DNA from: Camelus ferus
Lineage: Eukaryota
DNA: 64,000 bases
Reading direction: 5' to 3'
Assembly (NCBI RefSeq): GCF_009834535.1
Contig: NC_045704.1
Span: 51,646,001 to 51,710,000 of the forward strand
This document shows, one piece after another, positions 51,351 to 63,863 of the stretch. Each line of letters starts with the position of its first letter. Positions within the stretch are counted from its first letter, which is position 1. The notes beneath the pieces are model-generated. The model was not told the DNA's origin. It searched no databases and was given only the letters and a program-made list of their open reading frames with translations. The position numbers and the translations under genes were made by a program.

Positions 51351-52005
51351 GGCCCAGAATTTCTGCAGAACCAGAGTCTAGAGGATAGAGCAACAGGCCA
51401 AGGCCAGCAGCTCATGCAAGGAGATGTGATTGGCAGCTTGCAGGAGAGAATGTGGACCCAGAAGCAGACTGTGGATACGAGGAGCATCAGGCAGGAAGTG
51501 AGGAGTGGGACTGGGCCATCGGGGGTGTCCTGGAAGGTGTGCACAGCCTCGCATTAGGGAGGCTGTCCCTGAGCACAGGAGGCATTCTGCAGGCAAGGGG
51601 AGGGATCATGGGGAAATGAAGTTCACAGGGAAGACCTCACGGTCCAGGAGGGCTGGTTAGTAGAAGCACTTCCACAGAAGAGAACAAACTTGGCAGAAAA
51701 CAGATCTTTCAGCGAGGCAGCTGGAACTGACTGCGAGGTTCCATGCTGGCTCTCCCATCTCGGGCTGCTTCCTGTTATCAGCCACCAGCCAGATTCTTAG
51801 CTGCACCACCAGCTTTGTGAAATTCTTAGAGTTGGACTCAGGGGGAGACATCGACCTCCCTGGCTTCTGGCCTATTTATTGTGACTCCCAGAGCTCTCTT
51901 TGATCCCGATTCTGGGAGTAAACAATAAGACACAAGAAGGGGAAGGAACTGACAGTTTGGTCCCTGACAAGTTACAGTATTTTATTTTATCTTCTCACCA
52001 TTTAG

Positions 52006-52109
52006 AATCTCTGCTGAAGGAGTGGACATTGTTTTGGATTGCCTCTGTGGGGACAACACTGGAAAAGGTCTCAGCCTTCTCAAACCACTGGGAACCTACA
52101 TTTTATATG
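52006..52109 (+). CDS. VAT1L: VAT1L coding exon (exon 5 equivalent, 104 bp)
   Basis: Not called as VAT1L in the ORF track; read directly from the sequence. Acceptor cttctcaccatttag ends 52005 and donor G|gtgagt starts 52110. Encodes (R)ISAEGVDIVLDCLCGDNTGKGLSLLKPLGTYILY(G). Its phase matches both neighbours. Confidence 0.96.
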
Positions 52110-54258
52110 GTGAGTGACAAACAGAAGTGGAGGATATTGATCAGTGACAGAGAGCTTACAAAGGCTCTGAAAAATGAGATGTGTTGATATGTTGGATAAG
52201 AGATAAGGGTTATTTTCAATGTTTCCTATAATGTTGCTATTGTCATTGTTTTCAGTTTTAAAAGTAACACACGTGCCTACTGCCCTAGACTCCCATGAGC
52301 ATGTCTCATCCTAAAAATAAAAAAAATCAAGCAAGGCCAAGCCAATATAATGATGGGACAGGACTTGACCCACAGAAGGTGCACAGGTGGGATATACTAA
52401 TAGTGTCAAAGGAAGTTCCAAAAATGAAGGAATGAAGGCCCCACAGGAGGATGGAGGGGAGTGGCTAGGGCGCCAGGGTTTTAACAGGGAGGCTCTTCAC
52501 TCTGGGAGATGAAGTTGCAAGGTGCACATTTTCTGTCTTGTAAACTACTCCTGTATGTCCCAACCAAGACAGAAGCCCTGGGCGGAGGAGCCCCTGTCTG
52601 CTTCCACGTCCACTTTGATGCTCTTGGGTTTGGAGGGGCTTATGACAGACATCAGGAGCAGATTTTCTCAGCAGGATGAGACCCCAGAGCCTCCTCACTT
52701 TCTTCTTCTGCCTGTCATAGGAATGCAAACCAATTTAAACATGAGTCTCCACAAAGTCCAAGAAGCATATCTGAAGCCAGATGTCATGTTCCAAAGCCAA
52801 ACGATATTGGGGTTATTCGACATTTGAGATTTCTGGCATCTCTGTCACACGAAAGGAAAACAAACTTGAGCCTTAATTCTGTACAACTCAGAAAAAACTG
52901 ATTTCCCTGCTGTTAGCTTAGAAGCTTATAAAAGGGTTATTTGAGAGGTATATATAAATATTCAAGCATCTTTTTGTTGTCATCAGATCCTTATGACAGA
53001 AAGAGAAGCAATAAGCTTTCATTGTTGGAGTATTCAGGCAGTGTCACTAGTGGCCACATATTTGAAAGTCTTTGGGGGCAGGTGCATAATTTTAAAATTA
53101 TTACCACTGATAAGAGAAGTTACAAACGTCAAGAGACAACACAGGGATACTGGATATGACTAACAAAGGAGTCAAATGCAGATGAACATTTTATTCCCTC
53201 TTTCTTACTTACTGGTTCTATTTTAGCCCCAGATCCACGATGTCGTTTTGACATAATACAGCTCAGTCTTATCACAAGTATCTAATTCATTACACTGATT
53301 ACTTGATTGCTAAGTAATCAAAGCCTAGTACCGTGGTGCCTAGTGGTAGTCGCCCTATAAAGGTAGGAGCAATGATTAACTGGCTACTAGTGTACCCAGG
53401 CCAAATAATTAAGTTTAAAATAGCCATTGCTTTTTCCATTAAATAACAGTTCTCTGAGGGGAAGTTGCTCCCAAATCTTTGGGGACAAGGCAGAAAAGTC
53501 GTTGGAAAGGCACCATATGGTATAGCACCTCTCACCGTGCCCTAACCCAGGAGCCCAGAAAGGGGTCTTTTCTCTCTGTAAGAGCATCTTAGACATCTTT
53601 CCCACTTCCACCTCCCTCTAGATACTGCTTGTTCTGATTAGCAAAGCTCAGTCTCTCATATCGCTGGTCTCAAGTGGTTTCCACCCTCTTGTGCAGACCT
53701 CTTTGGAGCCAACACAAGGGCATACCATTTCCATGGCATCTGAACATCTTTTCCTCCTCTTCTGCTCCTCTGTACCCCATTTTTTCCATCCATCTAAATG
53801 CTAGCTTAGCCCCACCTCTCCACGACTTAAATGCCCAGCCAAGGTCAGAGTTCCAAGCCCCTCACTTGCCGAGGAATCAAATTCAAACAATAAAACAAGC
53901 TCACGTACGAATCCCTTCTCCAGCTCAAAGAACAGAACCAATGAGACATTTGAGCAACTCATTATTTTATTAGAATGTTGGCTTAAATCACATTTTTGCC
54001 ACATGACCAACTTTCCAAAGTGATGAAATGGTCACCTTGAGAAATGTTACTTCCTCTCTGAGCCAGTGGCACTTAGTTAACTTTAAGTCAACTTGACACC
54101 AACCACCCCCTCCATTGCCCTCCTTTTTCCAGGGCTGAATTAAATTTCTTTTCAAGCTCCTGACAGTTCTGGGCCAAACAACTGCCAATCTTCCATGTGT
54201 ACCAAGAGAAGGTGATTTTCACTAGCAATAGCTTGATTTGGGAATCTTCCATTTGCAG

Positions 54259-54314
54259 GTTCATCCAACATGGTGACCGGAGAGACCAAGAGCTTCTTTA
54301 GCTTTGCAAAATCA
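54259..54314 (+). CDS. VAT1L: VAT1L coding exon (exon 6 equivalent, 56 bp)
   Basis: Read directly from the sequence. Acceptor tcttccatttgcag ends 54258 and donor TCA|gtaagt starts 54315. Encodes (G)SSNMVTGETKSFFSFAKS. Confidence 0.95.
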
Positions 54315-56169
54315 GTAAGTATCTGTGCACGTCTAATGTTCTCTGATGGTGCAGTGTTTGGCATGTTGCAAGTTCTTCCATCTAAGCCTGTGGATCTGAT
54401 AACCTGAGACTTGTTCATCCTTCACCTGCCTCATTTATCTTCCAGAAAACCTGCATCCCCACTACATCTGCATAAGACTGTGACATAGGCTGCTTCTCTC
54501 TAAATGAAGTGGAGGTGGGAGTGCCAGAGAAACTCCAGAAAGCTTTATTTTGGTTTCAGCAGAGATTGCTTAAGTGTTGGTGCTTCTAATCATTGGTCAG
54601 AAATAAATTTAGCATTAATGCATTTTATTTGGTCCATGGAGAGACCATCTTTTCAGTCTGGCCACTTTCTGACCAAGCCTCTAGGGCTGCTTAAGATTTC
54701 TCTGTATCCCCATCCTACCGAATTAGAGACACAAATGGCCAGCTCGCGGGGTGATCTGTAGACATGGGCAAGTCTGTGAAGCCACAGACACTCAGATACT
54801 CATGCTCTGCATACAGTAGTTATTTTGTCTGCAATTGAGAAGTCGCATCTCTACTCATTCACCCCACCACAAACCTACTCCGGCCACATTCCCACCTAGG
54901 GCCACGCTTGCTAGAATTAAACTCATCTGGGCTTGAACTTCCATTTTGACCCCTCTCCCCACAATAGGGGGTCACTGCGTCTCATCAGAGCTAGCCTTTG
55001 TCCTCTCTCTTCAGCCTCCTAAGCAGCCAGTGAGGCACTGATGGATTCAGTACCTTTGCAAGCATCTCTGAGCACTATCTGTGGCATCATGCCAGACACC
55101 AGGGTACCACAGCGAATGAGACTGGCGTATGTGAGGGGCCTGAGACATTTACATTCTAACAAGGGAGACGAACTGAAATTAGTAACACATATTAATAAGA
55201 TGATTATAAATCGTCATAAAATCTCTGAAAAGCAGGATGGAGTGGAGGCATTGTGAATAGGGTGCTTGGGGAAGCCATGGAAAGGGGTATTCATATGCCC
55301 CCAAAGTGCCAACACTGCGGCCAGAGGCTTCATCTCCAAACACTCCCTGATTCTGGAATGATTAGTACTACCCTGCCTGTGAGATTAGAATGAAAGTGCT
55401 TTTGTTTGCGCTGGAACTTTAAAGTTCAGGTCAAGGATCATCACAGCTATGGGATAAACGGGACCAAGAATGGAGTCCAATGAAGGATGCTGCCTGGAGC
55501 GTGTCCCCTGAAGACAGGCTTTGTGTCCCTCACAGCTGTTTTGTTGCTGGGGATGTAATTAATGTGATGCTGACAGCCTGCTGTGGGGAAACAGATTGGT
55601 CTCAAATTACATACAATTGTAAGAAGTGTTTTCCCTTTCTCCTCTAAATGCACACTCACAACACACAGCGTTAACGAAATAAGTGCAGTGCACCCAGGTC
55701 AAACGAAGGCACTCTTAAAAACAGCCAGGATGGTGGGTGGTGGTGGGTAAGATTCTCTTGCCCAAAGCAAGGGTGCCAATTACCAGGGTGCTTTATAGTT
55801 GGAGGTCAAGAATGAAGATTGCTTCCTTTCAGATGCCGGGTGCAATATTAGTTGGTCAGTTAGAAGCAAATTGAAGGCAGGGCCTGCTGAGGAGTGGAAT
55901 GATGACTTTATTCTGGAAGGTTCTAGAAAGGGATTTTCTTCTATACATTGGAGAGAGGCTTAGAGATTAAAGGCATATTTGGAATCATAACAGGAATTAC
56001 TCACTCAGCCATTTTAATGATGTTCCCACGAAAACCCCTGCGTTCACATGCCATTTGCTTTTAGATCATGACGATGATGATATTAACAGATGAAGTCAAC
56101 ATTTAGAGAGCAAATTCAGAGCTCTTCTTACTCATTAAATCCAGAACATCCCTTCCAACTTAAGGTGAT

Positions 56170-56350
56170 CAAAGTATTTTGTATTGATAGAGCTAAGCAC
56201 TTTGTACGAATTTACACATTTATTCCTCATGACGACCCCATGGGGTACAGTAGGGAAACTGAACACAGAAAGTTTAAGTGATTTGCCTAAAGGTACACAG
56301 CTTGTAAGTGGTAGAACTGGGATTCAAAACCAGGTGTTCAGCTCTAGAAC
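56170..56350 (-). mobile_element. MIR SINE
   Basis: agggaaactgaacacagaaagtttaagtgatttgcctaaaggtacacagcttgtaagtggtagaactgggattcaaaaccagg. Confidence 0.85.
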
Positions 56351-56540
56351 TCAGCCACAACTAGGCAGCAACTGTAGATTCAGCAAGCATTCATTTCACA
56401 AACACTTGGGGAAGCACTGCAAGTACACTCTGAATCAAGTTATTAATCATTTCTCTCCCTTAGCTTTTGTGAAACAGCTCATGGCCAAATCCATCTCTCC
56501 TATCGCCGGCCCCCCGACCCTTGGGGAACGTATTTTGGTT

Positions 56541-56572
56541 AAAAAAAAAAAAAATATATATATATATATATA
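56541..56572. repeat. Compound poly(A)-(TA)n microsatellite
   Basis: aaaaaaaaaaaaaatatatatatatatatata. Confidence 0.92.
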
Positions 56573-57029
56573 TAGTGCATGGAATGTATCCCTGTTTTCA
56601 ACCTTTCTCACACTTATTTTCCAACAATATGGTTTCCCCACTTAAAAAAAAATCAAGACATTTTACTTTTCTGAGCTCCCTCAATCCTGGAAGGAGGCCA
56701 GATATAAAGGAAACACACTGATAACATAAATATGATAAATGTTTCTAAGTAGCCAGCACATTCCTCTTTGCCTTCTACATTAAACTATCAACCATTTTAA
56801 TCTCTTAGAACCCTCTAGAGACAGGAACTCTGAATTTCCAAATTCTAACCAGCACCAAAGCAAACACAATGAACTCAGAAGAAAGCAGGTGCATAACCAT
56901 TTCTGGAGTTGGTTAATGGACTAGCTACTTATATGCATGTCTGGAGCGGGAGACGAGAGACGGGAAGTCGGGCAGCCATATCTGCCAGGTGTATGTATCA
57001 CACTCAGGACTTGAGTGCTAGTGACACTT

Positions 57030-57211
57030 CAAGCTGGGGAATTCTGTTTCGAGGGCCTCTCCTGTGCACTGCAGGATTTTAGTGGCATCTCTGGCTTCTT
57101 CCCACTAGATGCCAGCTGATTCTCCCTCTTCAGTGATCACAACACAGAGCATCCCCAAACACGACCAAGTGTCCTGTGAGTGGGGGAAGAACCCACAGTT
57201 GAGAACCACAG
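57030..57211 (-). mobile_element. MER20 MITE (partial)
   Basis: ttagtggcatctctggcttcttcccactagatgccag...acagttgagaaccacag. Confidence 0.8.
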
Positions 57212-57850
57212 ACTTAGTACCAGCACTGCGGCTTCACTGCTCCATCATGCTGTTCGTTCTTCCTATATTACGCTTCCTCACTCTTTCTCATCTGATGCAT
57301 TCCCACCCACCTCTCCAGTCGTGCCGCTCCTCCCCCAGGAAAGCCACGCCTGCAGTCAGAGTCATCACTCCCACTGCATCCCTGTCCCTTGGTAAATTTC
57401 TCTACCCCTCTGCTGCCTTCACCAGCCCCATTATCACCACAACTCTTCGCCAAGCCGAGTGCTTGACACTAAACTCTCTCAGGAAACCCTGGACGCAATG
57501 TCCTACTACTGTATGTCTCCAAGAGTAATGAAGCACAGAGAATAATAGGGAACAAACCGTAGAGCCAGGATTCAACTCCCGGTCTCATGATCATAACCTT
57601 ATGCCTTCACGTTCCAATCACACATGGCTTAGCAGTCGTTTTAGTAAAGGGCTCTCCCCCACCTGGACCCTGAGCTCTTCTGTGCACTCCTAGCAACACT
57701 CAGCCAAACAGACGCTTAGGAAAATACACCAAAAGGAGCTGCCAGCTGGCAATCTGGCATCCACCCAACTGTAGCCCCGTTCTCTCCCTGCAATGCTGCA
57801 AACGTGGCCCTGCACTGATTCCTTGTAACCTGCACCTTCTCTCCTTCCAG

Positions 57851-58045
57851 TGGTGGCAGGTCGAGAAAGTGAACCCCATCAAGCTCTATGAAGAGAACAA
57901 AGTCATCGCTGGGTTTTCCCTTTTAAATCTGCTCTTCAAGCAGGGCCGTGCTGGCCTCATTCAACGAGTGGTGGACAAACTCATTGGGCTTTACACCCAG
58001 AAGAAGATCAAGCCCGTGGTGGACTCCCTGTGGGCCCTGGAGGAG
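57851..58045 (+). CDS. VAT1L: VAT1L coding exon (exon 7 equivalent, 195 bp)
   Basis: Acceptor ccttctctccttccag ends 57850 and donor GAG|gtaagg starts 58046. Encodes WWQVEKVNPIKLYEENKVIAGFSLLNLLFKQGRAGLIQRVVDKLIGLYTQKKIKPVVDSLWALEE. Confidence 0.97.
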
Positions 58046-60003
58046 GTAAGGACGGTGTATGCCGCCAGCAAACAATCTCTTCTTTTTAGTCCTGGCAGGT
58101 TGAGCAGCCAGTTCCAATCTTTTATTCGGTGGTTATTCTACAGGCTTATTTGTTTTCAGTGAGGGTCCTAAAAGTCATTGTCCTATAGTATACAGCACTT
58201 TGGCCGTAAGAAATGCTTTAAGTTGCATGGTGGTTCTCAAATCATGTGCCTCACCGTGCCATTTGTGCCAGGAACCCTTCCCAGGTAGGTCACCAAATTT
58301 TGATGGGTTGCCTTGGTTACCTTGGTTACAAGAGCGCGCGGACACTGCGGCAGCATCAGTGATATCCTCACCCTGTGGGCATGTGAGATCAAGGTCTCAA
58401 ATGGCTCAAATGGCTCAGAGTAGAAGTGATTTGTGTGCAAAGCCCAGATGCTTGGGGCCTCTTTCAAGCGTGAGCGGTCATGATGCGCACTGTAATTATT
58501 AACAAATTGTTGGATCTAGTGTTTGACGGAGTCTTTTCAGTAACGAATCTGTCCCAAAGTTCTAGTATTTGAAAGCATTCCTTGATCAGACACAATTAAG
58601 AACCCCTTGGGTCCTCTTTAAGGATACTGGCTGTAGTGGTTCAAGTGAGATGTGCTAGGAGGAGGCAGGGTCTAGAAAGTCCTTCAGGACAAGGGAAGTT
58701 TGGGACATTTGGGAAGCCTGTCATTGGAGCTTCCTGTTAGGAGAAAGTGAAGACATGTGGTCTAGGTTTCAAAAGGCATTTCACTTAGAAACCTTCCTAG
58801 GTCAGGATGTCGTGACCTGGACATCCCCTGGGAAATACGGTAAAAGATGTGGGAGTGTGACTTTTGCTGTTTGGTCTTTGCATTTTGCATGGGTAAGCGC
58901 CTTACAGTTCAAGTATGTTTTGGTACTTTTGGGAGTCATGGACACCTTTGAAAAATCTAACAAATATAAACTTCTGTGGAACAGATGGCAGCTCTCATCC
59001 TGGCAAGAAAGCCAGCACTCTTTGCCTAATGGATTAGGTTGGCCACAATCCAGTGGATTTCCTAAGCACAGAAATCCCCCATAAAGCTCTGTGGGGGTCA
59101 CCATGTAATCGAATAGGACGAGTCCTGGATCCACGGTTCAGGCCTGTATATGTATCATGTACGACGAATGAGCTTTCTAAAACCCAACCACCAAAACCCC
59201 TTGTTTCTTATGGTAAAAGAGAGACACGCTTATTATAGGAAATTAACCAAAAACATAAGGAGAAAATAAACTGCAAGTCGACATTCCAGAGATGGATAAC
59301 GTTGTTAGCACTTTGGTGTGCTTCCTTCCGGTCTTTTTTCTACCACAGATGCTCACAGTAATTCAGTTTTTTGCTAAATCAAATCCAGTAACATGCATTC
59401 CTTCTGCTGTGTAATTTCCAAGATGGCGAGCCTACTGTAATCCTTTTCTTGAAAGTGTTTTGAATTAAATGAGTCAGACATCCATATGGTATTCATTGTA
59501 TCTTAGTGGAATAGGGAAGGGCTCTGGACTGCAAGGTGACCAGTTCTCAGAGTTTAGGGAGGAGAGAAAACCAGGGACAGTCAAGACCAGGGCAAAGAGA
59601 TTAATTTGACCATAGAGCAAAGGGGACTTAAACTCAGTGCCCACAAGGACCCAACACATCTGGTAGACCAAAGTGAGAGCTGAAATGAAAGAGGGGTCCC
59701 CAAGTGGTCCCTCGTTCTAGTACTTTAACTGGTTCCTTGGTCACAGTGCAATTGAATCACCAAAAAGGGACTGAGTAACTACTGTGCCCAATACTGTGCA
59801 GGTCCTGGGGATACAGTGCCAAACAGATGGCCAAGATCCCTGGGTTTTAAAGAGCTTACATTCAAAGGGGTGAGAAGAAGCAGAAAATACCGACGTGAAC
59901 AAAAATAAGCAGGGTGTTCTCCCACTGCAGTAAGTTCTTGGAAGGAGTTAAATTAGGGTCTATACTGGCAAATCTGTGGAGCGGGGAGGCAGTTTCTACA
60001 GAG

Positions 60004-60261
60004 CAGTGTTATTCAACCTTATTTCATGACTGCCCCCTAAGGAGCCTTTTTAGACTTTTTTTTTTCCCTTAATCAACTTTCTCTTCAATTTTAGTAACAT
60101 AGATAGACCATCTGCCTACTTACCTACCTATCATCTATCTGTTTGTTCTGTATGTATATTTGCATTTCATATACATTAAAAGAGTGAGATTTTTTAAAAA
60201 TCCTCCAAGAACAATTTTTTCTACCCTTTGGAGGTGGTCTTGCTCCCACTGAGAATGCATG
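60004..60261. mobile_element. hAT-Charlie MITE with 8-bp TSD (subfamily not certain)
   Basis: cagtgttattcaacc...ccccctaaggagcctttttagac...gagaatgcatg. The flanks are ctacagag (59996-60003) and ctgcagag (60262-60269). Confidence 0.75.
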
Positions 60262-60574
60262 CTGCAGAGTGACTTGAGAGAAGGCAGGCTATGTGCTGTT
60301 TGAGCTGGGACAGGAAAGGAGTGAGGCACCAGAAGAAGAGCATGCAAGGCAGAGAGACCCTCAAAAGCAAAGGGATGAAGAAAGACGATCTTGGTGAATT
60401 CAAGGGACAGAATTAGGAAGCTCAATAAACATGCATCACATGAGTGAATTAATGAATTCACCAACACACAGACGTATGACTACTTGGATGCTTTCTAAGT
60501 TTACCAATAAATATTTGCTGAATGAATGAATAAATGAACTAACAAGCTATACTAAAACACTGTAAGATGACTTG

Positions 60575-60808
60575 ATCACGATGGACATTTTGATTGACTA
60601 ATCCTTTGTTGAGGGCATGAGTGGGGCTGCCCCACGCATGGTAGGATGTTTAGCAGCATGTTAAGCAGAGCCTCTGGTCTCTATCCACTAAATGCTAGTA
60701 GCATCCCCTACCGTCAGCTATGACAATAAAAAATACCTCCAGACATCATCAAATGTCCCTGGGTGGGCTGGCGGGAGGGGCAAAATCTTCCCTAGTTGAG
60801 AACCACTG
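60575..60808 (-). mobile_element. MER20 MITE
   Basis: gtaggatgtttagcagcat...ctccagacatcatcaaatgtccct...ttgagaaccactg. Confidence 0.85.
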
Positions 60809-61546
60809 CTTTAAAAGAATCCGTGTCTGGTAAGACAGCCGCCAGGAAAACAAAGGAATTACAGGTCCCTAGCAGCACGGAGGGGAGACAGATGGCTGCT
60901 ATCTTGTTTGCCAACAGAAGCATCCACAGCCACTCGTCAGGAACACCCACCAACTTTCTGATGGTTCTTCTCTGCAGTATTTACTGACATCTCTTTGGAG
61001 CTGCGGTTGGGCCAAACTCGGCTATTTATCAATCCCACACAGCTCTTCTGGGCTCGAAGAAAAGAGAGCATGCTTATTACTTGCAAACCTCTGAAGGGCG
61101 ACTGTAATGATTCTCCCCTCTTCCCTCTGGTAAATGATTTCACAAAATTGCTTCTCAGGCCAGCTTTATAACTTCATCTGTGGAATATAAAGCCTACAGG
61201 GATTAAAAGAAAATTTTCATGGGCTCTCTGAGAACTCAAACCAGAAGATTTAATAATATCAGAGGCGATTAGGGTTTTTTTTTAAGCCATCTATCTTTGA
61301 CTTTGTTGTAAATTTAATACACAGAGTGGATGATACCCTGCCGCCTCAGGTTTGGCTCCAGATAGTAAATGTGCAGCTGTACATTAAGTTGGAAAATCAG
61401 TTCAGATGTGGGGAAGGGACAAAAAATACTTAGACCTGTCAACAAAGCAGCAGTGATTTTACTGAGCACCTACTATGTACTTGTACTATGTTACGATGTC
61501 AAACTTACAGAAAGGATAGATCACGTGTTCCCTGAGCCTTGCTTTT

Positions 61547-61652
61547 TTTTTTTCTGTCCGTTGTCTTTATTTTACTTTATTTTTTATTGAAGTACAATCA
61601 ATTACAATGTGTCAGTTTCTGGTGTACAGCACAATGTCCCAGTCATGCATAT
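61547..61652 (-). mobile_element. Very short antisense L1 3' end (camelid-type tail) with 16-bp TSD
   Basis: The minus strand reads atatgcatgactgggacattgtgctgtacaccagaaactgacacattgtaattgattgtacttcaataaaaa... The TSD cctgagccttgctttt lies at 61531-61546 and 61653-61668. Confidence 0.85.
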
Positions 61653-62711
61653 CCTGAGCCTTGCTTTTATAATTTTCTTACTGAGACAACACTAAGACCT
61701 ATGAAACGAGGAAATAAATATTCGATCACGTGGTGTTGGTTTCAAGTCCTACTGGATTTGGAAACAAGACAGAATGATGTTAAGGAAGAATCAATGTTCA
61801 GAGATGGTTTTGAGAATGAGGCGAGTCTTTTTTGGATATAAATTCTCTGGATGTGCCAGGCTTTGTTCTCCCTGTCTGCACGCATGAACTTGTTTCAGCT
61901 CTCTAACAACCCTCAGACCCAGCTACTATTATCTCCATCTGACAGGTCACAAAAAAGAGGCTTTGGGGAAGTTATACTTGCCCCAAGTCCCCGCTTATGA
62001 CTGAATGGAATCTGAACCCCAGGGAAGTCTGATGTCTAGAAGTTATTGAAGAAATAGCTATGAATAAACTCATAGAACAAAATAATAAACAAAATAATCA
62101 TATTAGGAAACACTTAGCATAGCATGTTTCTCTGCACCCAGTGGGTCTCCAAGTACTTTCCACTAATTAACTCATTCAATTTCCGTAATAACCCCAAGTG
62201 ATGGGTACTGTTACAATTCCTGTGATGCAAATAAGGAAATGGACTTGCAAAGAGATGAAATAAGGGGCTTGAGCTCTCCCAGCTGGTGTGTGGTGAAGCT
62301 GGCGTTCAGACCATGGGCACTGACTTCTCTACTGCAGAAGGTAGAGGGTCAGGCAGAACCCACTATCCCCCAACCCCTCCCCGTCAGGCAAAAGAAAAGG
62401 CACTGATGGACAGGGCAGCCATAAAGGGAGCACTATGACCATCTGACCATCTGACAGGTCATTCATGTCAACTGCTGCTGACAAATCAGGATGGACCTGG
62501 AAGGCAAGCCTTTGAATTTGGCCCTGGGGTGATCATCGACCTTTCAGAGAGGCTTTCAGGAGAATGATGAGGGCAGAAGTCTGAATGCAGAGGGTCAGGA
62601 AGAGAATGCGTGGGGAGGACAGGCTGACAGCCAGCATAAGCCTCCTATTTGGCATTGAGCAGAATAAAGATCTCGAAAATAGCCAGGAGGGGCAGGGTCC
62701 AGAGAAGGGCT

Positions 62712-62900
62712 ATTTAGAAAGTAGGTGAGTGGTTGCCTAGGGCCTGGGGTGGGGCAGCATTTCTATTTAGAGATAAAAAATGTCCTACAATGAATGACCA
62801 TGATGGTGGTACAACTCTGTGAATACACTAAAAACCAATGGACTGTACACTTTAAATGAGTGAGTTGTATGCTATGCAAATTGTACCTCAGTAAATTATA
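62712..62900 (+). mobile_element. L1MB-type 3' end fragment
   Basis: gtggttgcctagggc...acaactctgtgaatacactaaaaaccaatggactgtacactttaaatg. Confidence 0.75.
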
Positions 62901-63404
62901 CACACCTGCACACATATACCGAAAGAGGGAGAGAGAGAGAAAAATCACTGTTTAAGTTTGGGATAATGGGACTTGGGAGACGGGGAGGAGCTACAGCTTG
63001 GGAACTCAGATCCCTGGCCTCAGTCCTTATTCCCTGCTGCTTGGCCTTGTAAAACCACACATTCAGGCTGGTCCGTTCTCCCAGTTTTTCAGATGGGGAA
63101 ACTGAGGCTTCCAAAATGACCACTATGTTTGCTTTATGTCCTCAGCCTTCATTCTTTTTCACTGTATGTCCCCTTGTTTTTCAAGTAGAGTCCTAGATTT
63201 TTCAGTTCAACATAATCACCAACCCCCTACACACATTCCCAATTTCCATGCACATTCTCCCAGCATGCCTTGGCCACGTGAGTTTCCTGCAGCGTCAGAA
63301 CATCGTGCCCCCAAGCCCTGCCCTGCCCTGCCCTGCCCTCACCTGCTCCAGCTACCTGACAGATCAAGCAAACTTAGTCACAGCTTTGGGTCAACAGATT
63401 CATC

Positions 63405-63863
63405 TGTCATGGACTAGATATGGCTCCCTCAAGATGTTCACACCCTCATCCCTGAAGTCTCCAAATTCGTTACCTTATACGGCAAAAGGGATCTTGCAAA
63501 TATGATGAAACTAAGGATTTGAAGATGAGATTACCCAGGGCTATTCGGGTGGGACTGATGTAATCACAAGCATCCTTATCAGGGAGTCAGGAGAGCTAGA
63601 CTCAGAGGAAGAGATGTGACCAAGGAAGCAGAAGCAGAAAGGGTGATGTGATGTGAGGCCACGAACCAAGGAATGCATGTGGTCCCCAGAAGTTGGAAAG
63701 GGCAAGGAAGCAGAAGCTTCTAGAAGGAACCAGTCCTGGAGACACCTTGATTTTAACCCAGATAGACCCATTTCAAGTTTCTGACCTACAGAATTGTAGA
63801 AAAGGAAATGTGTGTTGTGTTAAGCTACCAAGTTTGTTATAGCAGCTATTAGAAACTAATACA
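63405..63863 (+). mobile_element. MaLR solo LTR, MLT1D-like, with 5-bp TSD
   Basis: tgtcatggactagatatggc...gttaccttatacggcaaaaggg...gatgtaatcacaagcatcctt...gttatagcagctattagaaactaataca. The TSD tcatc lies at 63400-63404 and 63864-63868. Confidence 0.92.

Noticed and set aside
55895-56000. Possible C/D snoRNA box C (atgatga)
   Set aside because: There is no CTGA box D at a suitable distance and no terminal stem.
57851-57865. Alternative in-frame CAG 9 nt inside exon 7, followed by GT
   Set aside because: The upstream acceptor has the full pyrimidine tract and preserves the WWQ codons, and gtcgag is a poor donor.
58046-58162. ORF read-through past the exon 7 donor
   Set aside because: There is a strong GTAAGG donor, and the extension is unrelated sequence.
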